Virus record (IMG/VR): IMGVR_UViG_3300037189_005453
Coordinates: 1-64,000 of that record
Length of the DNA: 64,000 nt
Direction: 5' to 3' (one strand)
From: a virus
Shown here: positions 23,380 through 32,789 of the stretch, piece by piece
How the letters are laid out: each line of letters opens with the position of its first letter
Position numbering within the stretch: the stretch's first letter is position 1
Notes under the pieces: model-generated
What the model saw: the letters and a program-made list of their open reading frames with translations, nothing else
Databases searched by the model: none
What the model was told of the DNA's origin: nothing
Program-made: the position numbers and the translations under genes

Positions 23380-26300
23380 TTACTTCTTAAAGAATTCGGG
23401 GTGAGTTTGGGGAGTAGGTGACGGTGCTTTGGTAGCGTCAATTGCCTTTGTAATACGCTGACCCTTGGTTGTTTTCTTTGCTGCGGGCTTCTTAGCCGCT
23501 GGCTTCTTTTCCGCAGGCTTCTTGGCTGTAGACTTCTTGGCTGCAGGCTTCTTAGCTCCTTTAGCCACTGCTGATCTTTCAGCAGTTGCAGGGGTGATGT
23601 CACCAGACATAGTTGCGGCCAGCTCGTCGCGAGTCTTTGGAATCTGTCCAATTGAACGAGGACCACCACTGGGAACAGGTTCGGGTCGGAATCCAGCTTG
23701 ACGCTGATCCCAACGAATGCTCTGCTCCTTCTCCAGCTGCTTTTTGATTGCGTCTTCATCGCGCTCTTCAACAGGCTTTTCAGGAGCTTCAATTTCAACG
23801 TCCTCGGCTTTACGTCCAATACCAGACTGGGTAACGTTGGGAGACTCTTTACCGAGAGACGCAACGTGGACTCCACGGTTTACTACAGGAACAGGTGTGG
23901 CCTGGACTGTCTCGGGAGCAGACTCTCCTGTTCTCCACTGGACCTGTTCCTCTGACTCTGCACCAGTTCCAGAACGCTGACCGTCGATATCCATCGGTAG
24001 TCCCTTTTCGCGACCACGAAGTCGGGAAGTTGATAGTCCTTTAGAACGCTTAATAAACTCTCTAATGATGTCCTTTGGAACACCTGAGAAGTCTGGGTGG
24101 CCTTCTTTAATCATTTTACGAGCGATGTTGAGCTTTTCCTTCATACCCTCGTCGGCCAGGTTAAACGTGTCTTCGCTTCCGTTTAGATCAACACCTGTTG
24201 GAACGTGTGTGATCTTGTACATGGTTTTTCCATTAGCGTCCTGGGATGTCTCAACCTTAATCTTGGGGCCCAGGTCAGCAGCATGAACAATCGAGGCAGG
24301 AATCGGGTTAGTTTTAACTGTCTGAGTACGCTCCGACACCTTACCTGCACGGTTGAACTTGACCTTTGCGTCACGCTTAGCAATCTTCTCAGTTTCATCC
24401 AGGTTTAGGGGAGAAGGCGCGCGCCCTACGGCGTCTGCAACGTGAACGTACTTGTTAACGGGTTTTTCTCCTTTAACAGACAGTTCATCTCCACCACCGT
24501 AGGAAAGTTGCTGGTGAATGTCCTTAATCGTGGCGATGTGCTTTACCAGCTCTTTACGAGCAAACTCACCTGCTTCACGACCAGATACGATCTTTTGCTG
24601 TGTTGCGCGAACTCCGCCAGGAGTCGGGCTGTCAGAGAAGTCGAGGGCAACCCGCGGGAGATGCTGTTGGCCCAGGTATCCCTTGATACGGTCAAGGGCG
24701 GCCATCGTCTTAACAAGGCGGGCGGCCTGTGTCTGAATGTGCTTGTGGACTTCAGGAGCACCGTATGCGAGGGTCGGTGATGCGGTCCACTCACCATTAG
24801 CGTCAAGGATCTTTCCCACCTGCTGTCCGCGACCATCTGTCACAGTATTGTCAGCGGTTGCTGCCGCTGGGGTGTGGGTAATTGATCGAATGTGCGCGGC
24901 AAGGCGCTGAGCTGCGCCGTGTACCTCAGTGAGGGTTTTGAGTGGACTTTGATATAGCGCACCCGAGTCAGTGTTGGCGAGTTCTGATGCCAGGCTTGGT
25001 TTTTCGGGCTCGCGCTCTGTGTTAACTGCGGTAAAGGAGTTGGGGGTTGCCTGTTTCTTTACCCAGTTCTTCTGGGCATCGGCCAGATATGGCTCGGCCG
25101 CTGCGTTTTCCGCTTCTTGCTCTGGGGTTAGCTTATTGCGCTTTTTACCCGTGTGACGAGTGTGCGGCAGTGAGTAGCCACTTATCTCGTCAAAGTGAAG
25201 GAGGTCTTTTCCGCTCTTCTTGCTGGCAGTCTTTGGGGATTTGTACCCCTCAAGACCACGCCACTGAGGCGAACTCTGGTCTTCTGGAAGAGCGGTGTAC
25301 TTGGTTGGGTGGTACTTGGTTCCATCAACCGCGTAAGGTTTGGTAGGAATGTGGCCTTCCAACCCTTCCCAGTCCTCGTGTGATCGGTCGGATGGCAGGG
25401 GGAAACCTGTCCTGGGGTGATATGGGAGGCCGCCCTGGAAGAACGGACGAGTCCTGTCGATGATAATATCCTGGGGAACATGGGCTTCCCAGTTGCTGTG
25501 TACGCTCATATCACGTTCTGGAGCCTCTTCGGCACGCTGTCTACGAGCTTCGCGTTGAGCTGCCTCTGCGTCCTTCAGGGTTTCAAAAGCCCCCCTAAAC
25601 GTACCGTTTCGCGAGCTGCCTCGACCTGTCATGCCCTGAACGATTTCTTCATTTTGGGCAGAGGTTCGTTCCGCGTTTTCGGCTCGTTGCTGCTCCCTTA
25701 CACTACGCTGTTGCTCCTGCTCGGGAGTAGCGGGGCTCGAGTCAATAGTGAGTCCTTTGCCTTGACCGCGAGGTGCAGTATTTGCGCGAATCGCGTCAAT
25801 CTCGGCCTGATGGGCTGCCAGCATTTCTGGAGTCTTTCGACGTCCTCTGTTAAGAGACTCAAACTGACGCTGCTTAGCGTCAACCCGACGCTCGTTATCT
25901 GCCTTAATAAGCTCTAGCTGTTTTGCACGCTTTTCGGGATCGTCATACTTTTCGGAAAGAGAAATCTCATTACCCTGGGGTTGGAAAATGCTAATTCTGC
26001 CGCCGAGTTCGTTTGTGGGGGTAACAAACGGCTTAGTTTCTTCGCTAGATTCCCCAATCTCTGGCATAACACCAGTACCTGCAGCAACTCCTGAACGTCC
26101 AAAAATGGCACGCTTAGTAAGCCCCTTTTCCCAAAGAGCTGCTCCCGTGCTATCAGGTTTCCCAATGCTTCGGTCGCGGTCTTTAACGCGGGCAGGCTCC
26201 CTGAGTCGACTAGGTAATGATGCCCCAATGCCGCCTACTCTTACGGGAGTCGGCTTTAGTGCCTGGCCCTTTTCGTCTGTTCCAAGTCGGCTCATAACCT

Positions 26301-26592
26301 GGTTGTAAATGTGGTGAGGGATAATGTGCTTAGGCCATGACTGGATGTCGGCGGATCGGACCTCACCGTTTTGAGGGTTGTACGGAAGCCTATTTCCCTG
26401 CTCATCCGCGTGAAATGCACTGTGAGTAACACCAGAGGATGTGGGTGCTTGATCGGCCGTGCGAACACGTGCAACGACCTGACTAATCAGGGCCTCATCG
26501 GGGTTGCGACCTGCAGCTGGCTGCTGTGAGCCACCGTCTTCGCTCCCTGCGCCACCGCGTGCTTGGTGAAATGCGCCGCTAGTACCAGCCAT
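23380..26592 (-). CDS. large low-complexity protein with C-terminal histone H1-like PAAKK repeats
   Basis: 1070 aa; AKKPAAKKSTAKKPAEKKPAAKKPAAKK; AGGAG RBS. Confidence 0.85.
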   Translation of the reverse strand: MAGTSGAFHQARGGAGSEDGGSQQPAAGRNPDEALISQVVARVRTADQAPTSSGVTHSAFHADEQGNRLPYNPQNGEVRSADIQSWPKHIIPHHIYNQVMSRLGTDEKGQALKPTPVRVGGIGASLPSRLREPARVKDRDRSIGKPDSTGAALWEKGLTKRAIFGRSGVAAGTGVMPEIGESSEETKPFVTPTNELGGRISIFQPQGNEISLSEKYDDPEKRAKQLELIKADNERRVDAKQRQFESLNRGRRKTPEMLAAHQAEIDAIRANTAPRGQGKGLTIDSSPATPEQEQQRSVREQQRAENAERTSAQNEEIVQGMTGRGSSRNGTFRGAFETLKDAEAAQREARRQRAEEAPERDMSVHSNWEAHVPQDIIIDRTRPFFQGGLPYHPRTGFPLPSDRSHEDWEGLEGHIPTKPYAVDGTKYHPTKYTALPEDQSSPQWRGLEGYKSPKTASKKSGKDLLHFDEISGYSLPHTRHTGKKRNKLTPEQEAENAAAEPYLADAQKNWVKKQATPNSFTAVNTEREPEKPSLASELANTDSGALYQSPLKTLTEVHGAAQRLAAHIRSITHTPAAATADNTVTDGRGQQVGKILDANGEWTASPTLAYGAPEVHKHIQTQAARLVKTMAALDRIKGYLGQQHLPRVALDFSDSPTPGGVRATQQKIVSGREAGEFARKELVKHIATIKDIHQQLSYGGGDELSVKGEKPVNKYVHVADAVGRAPSPLNLDETEKIAKRDAKVKFNRAGKVSERTQTVKTNPIPASIVHAADLGPKIKVETSQDANGKTMYKITHVPTGVDLNGSEDTFNLADEGMKEKLNIARKMIKEGHPDFSGVPKDIIREFIKRSKGLSTSRLRGREKGLPMDIDGQRSGTGAESEEQVQWRTGESAPETVQATPVPVVNRGVHVASLGKESPNVTQSGIGRKAEDVEIEAPEKPVEERDEDAIKKQLEKEQSIRWDQRQAGFRPEPVPSGGPRSIGQIPKTRDELAATMSGDITPATAERSAVAKGAKKPAAKKSTAKKPAEKKPAAKKPAAKKTTKGQRITKAIDATKAPSPTPQTHPEFFKK

Positions 26593-26593
26593 A

Positions 26594-26953
26594 TTAGTTT
26601 GCTCCTAAATCATTGCGGCTGCTACCACTGTAGCTGCCAGCTCCTCCAGAATACCAGGAAACACGGGGCTCCACATAGTTTCTGTCAACACTTACAACGT
26701 CATCAATCTCGGGTTGAGTTCGATCTCCATAACCAAATCTGGGGGGAAACAACTGGATCTGTGGAATGTTTGGCCTAACAATTTCTTGCAGTTTTGCTCC
26801 AGGAATGGTAGCAACGGCGAGTGCTTGCTGTGTCAACCGCTCTTCATTTGACGACCACGGTCCGTTGTACGTCCATCGAGGATTGCCATCAGGAGTAGTA
26901 ACGCCCTGTTGCCAGGGTTTGGTGTAATCGTATCTTCCATCAAACTGAGACAT
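26594..26953 (-). CDS. hypothetical protein
   Basis: 119 aa, coupled. Confidence 0.75.
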   Translation of the reverse strand: MSQFDGRYDYTKPWQQGVTTPDGNPRWTYNGPWSSNEERLTQQALAVATIPGAKLQEIVRPNIPQIQLFPPRFGYGDRTQPEIDDVVSVDRNYVEPRVSWYSGGAGSYSGSSRNDLGAN

Positions 26954-27252
26954 TATTCGCCCTCATTCCATGGAAGTTCCTCAAACTTCTCAAAGTCAAT
27001 GTTTGATTCAGAGAAACCGTACATCTCTGGTTCGGGGTTAAGTGGGCGCAAGTGATCAATTGGTGATTCGTGGCGGTAATACTCCGACATCGAGTTTTGG
27101 TGTGGGTGCTCAAACCCCTCATAGTTCCCAATATCAAACATCTCATTAGGCTCGATACGCCAATCTTCATAACGATTCAGACGAAGGGCGTTATAGCTGT
27201 CGTGATACGGGCTGTTGTGATTAAAACTGCTAGATACTTTGCGGCCCATCAT
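26953..27252 (-). CDS. hypothetical protein
   Basis: ORF 26953..27264, likely start 27252. Confidence 0.65.
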   Translation of the reverse strand: MMGRKVSSSFNHNSPYHDSYNALRLNRYEDWRIEPNEMFDIGNYEGFEHPHQNSMSEYYRHESPIDHLRPLNPEPEMYGFSESNIDFEKFEELPWNEGE

Positions 27253-27254
27253 GA

Positions 27255-27788
27255 TTACGCCCACCTAGGCTTTAGGTAATTCAACTGGTTGGCACGCTGC
27301 ACGTTAATGGTTCCAGGAGAGTCGGAACGCATGTTGGACTTACCATCATTAACAAGGTGAGGAGCGGGGGTGAGTCGGATGTCCTGTGTGTAACGTTTGG
27401 TTGCCCACACCGTAACGCCATTAATTTCTACTTGTTTTGCCTTCATCTGGCGCTGAATGCTGGTTTGATCGTTGAAGTCGGGGCTCCAGTAGTAGGCGGA
27501 CGGCTCGATGCGCTCACCCTTGTGCACACCACGCTGATATGCTTTCTGGTTGACCCTATTCTTAATGGAGTCAAGGAGGCGGTCATCACGACGCGAACGA
27601 ATTGTTCCCAGGTACCCATCAGGATACTCGGCTGAAGGAACGCGGCCCGTGCCAATACGGATGGCATCCAGATCACCTCGAGCTACGGGGCCACCGTAAC
27701 CGCCTTGGTTGTTGTATCCGTTTAGTCCATTACCACCAATAGACTGCCAGTTTTGCTGGGGGCTAAAGTTATTGACTGCACCAGCCAT
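27255..27788 (-). CDS. hypothetical protein
   Basis: 177 aa; PSAEYPDGYLGTI, RGVHKGERI. Confidence 0.8.
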   Translation of the reverse strand: MAGAVNNFSPQQNWQSIGGNGLNGYNNQGGYGGPVARGDLDAIRIGTGRVPSAEYPDGYLGTIRSRRDDRLLDSIKNRVNQKAYQRGVHKGERIEPSAYYWSPDFNDQTSIQRQMKAKQVEINGVTVWATKRYTQDIRLTPAPHLVNDGKSNMRSDSPGTINVQRANQLNYLKPRWA

Positions 27789-28069
27789 TACTGTGCTCCA
27801 ATACTTCCACCAAAGACTGTTCCAGAAGTGTCGGCAGTATATGCGTTCGGGTGCTGGCGTTCTTTAGCAATATCACTGCTGTAGAAATTAAACGCAGTAG
27901 ACTGACGAGTAAATTTGCTACCTGGTCGAACAGTCGGGCCAACCTGGCGGTAATCGTCAATACTAGAAACGTGGTTAGCAGCAGACACGGGCGACAAGCG
28001 TAGTGTTGCTTCTTTAGGCCCAAGAACCCGCATTTGACTACCCGAAGTAACGTTGTGAGCCATTTCCAT
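27788..28069 (-). CDS. hypothetical protein
   Basis: 93 aa, AAGGA RBS. Confidence 0.7.
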   Translation of the reverse strand: MEMAHNVTSGSQMRVLGPKEATLRLSPVSAANHVSSIDDYRQVGPTVRPGSKFTRQSTAFNFYSSDIAKERQHPNAYTADTSGTVFGGSIGAQ

Positions 28070-28080
28070 GTTAATGTTCC

Positions 28081-28338
28081 TTAACGTTGAGGGGCCTGGT
28101 ATGTGCCAGAGCTGAGGGTGTTTGCTCCAAGAGGCATAAACCCAGTAACAAAACGCGCGTCCATATCGCGATCAACTGGGTTCCCAGTAAACTGGTTAAC
28201 GCTTAGAGGACGTGGGCTGCGCATAGAGGCCACGTTAATGTCCCGAACACGCTGAACTCCGCTATCACTGCTTACTTCAGGATTAGCGGAATTGGGGTTA
28301 AACGTGGAGCTGGTAGCGTCCATGCCAGTAGAAGGCAT
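28081..28338 (-). CDS. hypothetical protein
   Basis: 85 aa. Confidence 0.65.
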   Translation of the reverse strand: MPSTGMDATSSTFNPNSANPEVSSDSGVQRVRDINVASMRSPRPLSVNQFTGNPVDRDMDARFVTGFMPLGANTLSSGTYQAPQR

Positions 28339-28348
28339 ACCCTACCCC

Positions 28349-28792
28349 TTAGTAAGCGGCCTGAATACCAGATTCGAAGTTCGGGTTAGTACGGCCCTGT
28401 ACAGAAGGAATGACACGGGCGTTAGCCATTGTCGGACCTGCTGCGGGGTCAACCTGAACGAACGTCGACTTGGGCTGAACGCGGAAAGTAGCACCAATAT
28501 TTTCAATGTTGGCACGGTTCTGCTTTGAACCTGCACCTGTAGGATCAGCAGACTTGACGTTTTTGCGAGGCATCTGAGTGCCTGCAGTAGGCATAACAGG
28601 GGTAAAGGAGGGCATGTTGCTCTCCGCTGCTCCTACAGAAATGCGGTGGCTGCCAGCTGCAGCTGCCTGTGCGTGAGCCTCATCTGAGGTCTGGTGTGAA
28701 CGTGCCATGCTGGTACCTGCTGCTTCCAAAGGGTTTGAGGGGATTCCGCTACGACGACGCATTGCGTGTCCCACACTGTACTGAGTTGCCAT
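28349..28792 (-). CDS. hypothetical protein
   Basis: AAGGAG RBS, -10 TATCCT upstream. Confidence 0.8.
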   Translation of the reverse strand: MATQYSVGHAMRRRSGIPSNPLEAAGTSMARSHQTSDEAHAQAAAAGSHRISVGAAESNMPSFTPVMPTAGTQMPRKNVKSADPTGAGSKQNRANIENIGATFRVQPKSTFVQVDPAAGPTMANARVIPSVQGRTNPNFESGIQAAY

Positions 28793-28829
28793 GGATAACT
28801 CCTTCGCTTATATCTAGGATAAGCTATTT

Positions 28830-29126
28830 TTAAGACGCGTAAATGGCAAACACAATCGCGGAGATCTCTCCGTCACGTGATTCGATTGTGGCAAAACCTG
28901 GGGTGCATGTGAGGTTAAGTCCTCGAGGGCCTACGTATCCACGTGCAATTGCCATAGCTTTGACTGCCTGGTTAACCGCACCTGCTCCTACGGCACGAAG
29001 CTTTACGCTTTTGTTTTCGTAGATTGCGTGTGCAATTGCGGATGCTACTGATTGTGGATTAGATCCAGCGCTTACTCTGAGTACAGGCTCTTCGGTGGAC
29101 GGCAGGATGGGGGTTTCTTCGGTCAC
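28830..29126 (-). CDS. spoVS: SpoVS family protein
   Basis: LRVSAGSNPQSVASAIA...AVGAGAVNQAVKAMAIARGYV...PGF. Confidence 0.93.
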   Translation of the reverse strand: MTEETPILPSTEEPVLRVSAGSNPQSVASAIAHAIYENKSVKLRAVGAGAVNQAVKAMAIARGYVGPRGLNLTCTPGFATIESRDGEISAIVFAIYAS

Positions 29127-29187
29127 GATTTGTGGTCCTTTAGTGTTCGGTATGAGTGCGCCCGCCTCATCACTAAGGATACAGGAG

Positions 29188-29790
29188 TTAAAGGATTGTG
29201 TCGCGGTATTTAATATCAGTTATTTTGTCAATAACTTCTTGCTCAATTTTATCAATAGCGTGTTTACCAGCTAAACGTCCAAGAGAATACGCGTCTGCGG
29301 CATTATCATCATTGAACTCTACGCCCCACCTCTTATAGATCTGTAGGAGCATCTCTTGCTTCTTTGCAGTGCCCTTACCTGTCGCGTACTTCTTCAAAGT
29401 CATAGGGGGAACCTGTAAAGGGGTCCTTAGAGTTTGATCCAGGGCAGGGAAGTAGTTGTTGGACTCAAAGAAGTACTCAAAAAAGAAAAGCTTAACTGTT
29501 GCAGCGAGCTCACCGAGTACTAGGGCAGACTGGGATGCAAGAACAGTACCCTCCATAGCAACATCTATGGGGGTGTTTCCGTTGAGTTTAAGGTAACTAA
29601 AACGGCTGTGTAGAAAAGTTTGGATATCGTCCAAACGCTGGACACCAGAGTAATTCGATTTGTAGACCCAAGTCATGTGCTCCGAAGGAGATTCAACGGA
29701 GACCGCCGAGAAAGCGAACCCTGTCAAAGATTGGTCTATACCTATAGTTACTTGATGTTCTTTTCGAAGGCCTCCGTTGAATTCCTTCAC
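29188..29790 (-). CDS. ruvC: RuvC-like Holliday junction resolvase
   Basis: IGIDQSLT, VAMEG, LKKYATGKGTAKK, DNAADA. Confidence 0.88.
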   Translation of the reverse strand: MKEFNGGLRKEHQVTIGIDQSLTGFAFSAVSVESPSEHMTWVYKSNYSGVQRLDDIQTFLHSRFSYLKLNGNTPIDVAMEGTVLASQSALVLGELAATVKLFFFEYFFESNNYFPALDQTLRTPLQVPPMTLKKYATGKGTAKKQEMLLQIYKRWGVEFNDDNAADAYSLGRLAGKHAIDKIEQEVIDKITDIKYRDTIL

Positions 29791-29792
29791 GA

Positions 29793-30347
29793 TTAGTCTA
29801 CCTCTTCAGTTAGGGGAAGTGTGGCCATCTCGTGGAGGTCACCCGCAGGAACGGCAAAGTTCTTGTGACCGTATGGGGCTTTGTACTGGTTTCCAGTAAT
29901 AATTTCATAACCACGCATCCAACCAATTGCTCGGAAGGGAGGGGCAGCGTATCCGTTTTCAGGATCACGACGAGTCTTTTTCTCTGGACCACCAACCATC
30001 AGGATATAAATCTGATTTGGGTCATCTACACCGAGCTTAAATCGCAGAGCGTATTTAGGTCCGTCTTCTCGCTCTTTAGAGAAGGAGTATCGGATCTCGT
30101 AACCTGGAATGTCCAATACAGTGTGAAAGGTATTTGCGTGTGGCTCAAAATCATCCATGCCCATCATTCGGGCTGCTGCGATTTCTGACGCTGCACAAAT
30201 CATGTGCTGCCAGGTTTCCCAGATATCGCCTTCGCTGTAGTTTCGATTACGCTCAGGTTGGCCTAACATGGGGAGCTGTCGTTCCCAGCCAACTCGAGCA
30301 GCTGTTGCCTCTTCCTGTGGAGTGAGGCTGTACATCCAGTTATTCAT
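29793..30347 (-). CDS. hypothetical protein
   Basis: 184 aa, coupled. Confidence 0.8.
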   Translation of the reverse strand: MNNWMYSLTPQEEATAARVGWERQLPMLGQPERNRNYSEGDIWETWQHMICAASEIAAARMMGMDDFEPHANTFHTVLDIPGYEIRYSFSKEREDGPKYALRFKLGVDDPNQIYILMVGGPEKKTRRDPENGYAAPPFRAIGWMRGYEIITGNQYKAPYGHKNFAVPAGDLHEMATLPLTEEVD

Positions 30348-30520
30348 TACCAGTCCTTTGAGGTTAAAGTTTCAATAACACCTTTGATAAGATCTGCGGC
30401 GTAAGAATCTGTGACATTTGAGACCATCTCTTCTAGGAAAACCACGATCTCATTGCGCTCGGTTCGCATACCTTCAACAAACCAAGATAAAGACACAAAG
30501 TCTTCGTCAGGGCTAGTCAT
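30347..30520 (-). CDS. hypothetical protein (G-x3-ERNEIV motif)
   Basis: Likely start MTSPDE overlapping upstream stop. Confidence 0.6.
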   Translation of the reverse strand: MTSPDEDFVSLSWFVEGMRTERNEIVVFLEEMVSNVTDSYAADLIKGVIETLTSKDW

Positions 30521-30950
30521 TGGGCCACGTTCCTTCAAGAACCATCATTGCAATGATCGAGTAGTTTGCCAGGTCCAGGAAGGAGTCACGGAGGCTCTCA
30601 TTCTCTGGTGTTGCACCGTTATCAATCAGGTGATTAATACGAGCAAGCTTGTCCCACATGCGAACACGCAAACCATTCAGGGGGCCACCAGGGCTTTGAG
30701 AAATGTTCTTGGGGCCGTAGTCCTTGTGCTTCTGTAGCAAGACTGCTTTAGCGTGCTGAAACTCCTGCTGTACAGATTCGTTGAACTCTTTGTTGGGGTC
30801 GTAATTGCGGATGCGCTCGACCAAGAACTCTGGAAGATCGTCGATTTCTCCCAGTCGTTTGTTCTCCTTAATCCATTCGCTGATGTCTACTGTTGCGGGG
30901 TCAATGCCCTGCTCCTGCAGTTCAGTGAAAATCTCTTTCATCTTGCCCAT
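30513..30950 (-). CDS. DUF1599 / nucleotide-modification-associated domain protein
   Basis: KHKDYG...RMWDKLARI...ESLRDSFLDLANYSII. Confidence 0.8.
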   Translation of the reverse strand: MGKMKEIFTELQEQGIDPATVDISEWIKENKRLGEIDDLPEFLVERIRNYDPNKEFNESVQQEFQHAKAVLLQKHKDYGPKNISQSPGGPLNGLRVRMWDKLARINHLIDNGATPENESLRDSFLDLANYSIIAMMVLEGTWPND

Positions 30951-31405
30951 TAGTAGTCCTTTCGTATTGCCCAAGATTCGTTTGAGCGTCGTGTAATTTC
31001 TCGGCTTACGAGTGAGAGGTCTCGCTCGTGATTGGAGAGAAGCATCTCTACCAACTTACGATAAGCGTACTTCTCTTCGTAATCGTTGTCAAGGTCGACA
31101 ACATCCTGGCTTACGGCGATCTCTGCTTTTACGGCAGTGATTCGTTCGCCCTTAACTTGTGCGCCCATTCTTTTTACAAGGAGGGTGTTCTCTAGGTAGT
31201 CCCGCTTCTTTAAAGCTGCCCGCTCTTCTAGCTGTGCCATGGTCAACTGTGAAGCAATGTAGTCGGTCCAGGAAGTCAGCTCTGTAAACAAACGCCCTAG
31301 TTCGTCTGAGGAGATGTCTGTAATATCGGCAGGGAGCCGTACTTGATCTCCTTCGGGGCGATGAAAAGCAAGGCCCCATCCTTCAAACTTTTTTACTGCA
31401 CTCAT
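30950..31405 (-). CDS. helical protein, possibly a UvsY-like recombination mediator
   Basis: Coiled-coil pattern, located in the RecA/nuclease cluster. Confidence 0.5.
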   Translation of the reverse strand: MSAVKKFEGWGLAFHRPEGDQVRLPADITDISSDELGRLFTELTSWTDYIASQLTMAQLEERAALKKRDYLENTLLVKRMGAQVKGERITAVKAEIAVSQDVVDLDNDYEEKYAYRKLVEMLLSNHERDLSLVSREITRRSNESWAIRKDY

Positions 31406-31412
31406 GATGTTC

Positions 31413-31601
31413 CTACGGCCATACAGGCATAGCTTTAATAAGGTCGATAGCTCCTTGGGCGGCGGCAACACCGTCTAGGGTAGCAAGGATGCGGTTACGC
31501 TCAACCTCAGCACCGTGTTCAGCACCCTTATTAAAAGAAATGCTGTTTGCTTTTAAATTGGCGCTGTAAACGTCTTTTTGCCAGTCTTCCATTTGTTCCA
31601 T
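31413..31601 (-). CDS. hypothetical protein (G-x3-ERNRIL motif)
   Basis: GAGGAG RBS before MEQMED. Confidence 0.65.
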   Translation of the reverse strand: MEQMEDWQKDVYSANLKANSISFNKGAEHGAEVERNRILATLDGVAAAQGAIDLIKAMPVWP

Positions 31602-32461
31602 TAGTTGTTCTCCTCTGTGTACGGTTCGCACTGCTTGCAAGTGCCTCCAGGGTTGTTGTTGCAATCAGGAGCAACACCTGCATCTACAGCATCTACGATA
31701 AATTGCGCCTTGTCAAACACGTGGCGTACCAGTTCAAAGTCTGCTTTTACCGAAAACTCTTTGTAAGACTGGTCTGCTTTAAGTTCGTATAAGAATACGA
31801 TCTCGTTGATTGGATTTCCCATACGCTTCATCAGTTCCAAGTAAACCTGACCCTGCATGATGTGGTCTGAGAACGGGCGGCGTACGTTGTTCCACGCCTT
31901 CATGAAGTCTCCATCAGCATCCATAAACAGGTTTGGCGCTGATGAGCGGATGGTTCCTGGGCCGATTGACTTGATCTCGATCAGGGTGTCGTCACCGAGG
32001 CCCTTGATCCATCCGTCTGTGTGTCCCTTGATGCGCAAGTTATCGTCCTTTAGGGTAACCTCGGCATACTTTAGTTTGTACCCAGGAGCTCCGCACTCTT
32101 CACACGCCTCAGGAGATGTCCCCCAGGTCATGTGATCACATCGGTCACACTGGAAGTTACCGTGAAGAACGCCCATCTCCTGGAACCAGTTCTGCCACTT
32201 AGCGTGAATAGCGTGACCCTCGTCAAAGATGCTCTGCAGGCGTAGCCCAGGCTTTTCAGCAATCTTGGTGCGACCACTTAAAAGGAAATACGAAGCTCGC
32301 TTACAAAAGTCTTTCTTAATCATTTCTGACGGGTGAAGGACAGTCGTAGAACGGTCTCCTACAGGTCGCTCTTGCAGGTGACGCTCAATGTCACCTAGCA
32401 GGCGATGTGGTTTAGTTTTTGCATTAAGAAAGTTTTTTAGATCCGATTTTACTACTGCCAT
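31601..32461 (-). CDS. Cas4-like PD-(D/E)XK exonuclease
   Basis: HPSE..C, GHAIH, GHTDG, IEIKS, QGQVY, C-terminal C..CxxC. Confidence 0.88.
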   Translation of the reverse strand: MAVVKSDLKNFLNAKTKPHRLLGDIERHLQERPVGDRSTTVLHPSEMIKKDFCKRASYFLLSGRTKIAEKPGLRLQSIFDEGHAIHAKWQNWFQEMGVLHGNFQCDRCDHMTWGTSPEACEECGAPGYKLKYAEVTLKDDNLRIKGHTDGWIKGLGDDTLIEIKSIGPGTIRSSAPNLFMDADGDFMKAWNNVRRPFSDHIMQGQVYLELMKRMGNPINEIVFLYELKADQSYKEFSVKADFELVRHVFDKAQFIVDAVDAGVAPDCNNNPGGTCKQCEPYTEENN

Positions 32462-32789
32462 TTTTTTGCTCCTTTTTATCCAATTGAAAGACGTATTCTT
32501 CCAAACTCATTTGGTTTTTGAAACTTCGATTCCATTTACGTACAAGGGCGTTTCGTTCTCTGTGACTCATTCCGCCCCAGATGCCGTGCTGCTCGTTATC
32601 CCTAACTGCCGACAACAAGCACTCGGCCCTAACTGGACAGGGTGACTTACCGCCTTCACCTAGACAATACGTCTTGGCTTCTGTCGCTATTTTTTTATAG
32701 AGATCTTTATCCCGAGGGGGGAAGAAGATGTCTGGATCTTCAATATTACGGCATCTGGCATCTTCTGTCCAATGCTGGTATTCAATCAC
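32424..32789 (-). CDS. whiB: WhiB family transcription factor
   Basis: ARC..DPDIFFP..C..CPVRAEC..GIWGGMSHRER. Confidence 0.93.
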   Translation of the reverse strand: MIEYQHWTEDARCRNIEDPDIFFPPRDKDLYKKIATEAKTYCLGEGGKSPCPVRAECLLSAVRDNEQHGIWGGMSHRERNALVRKWNRSFKNQMSLEEYVFQLDKKEQKNGSSKIGSKKLS

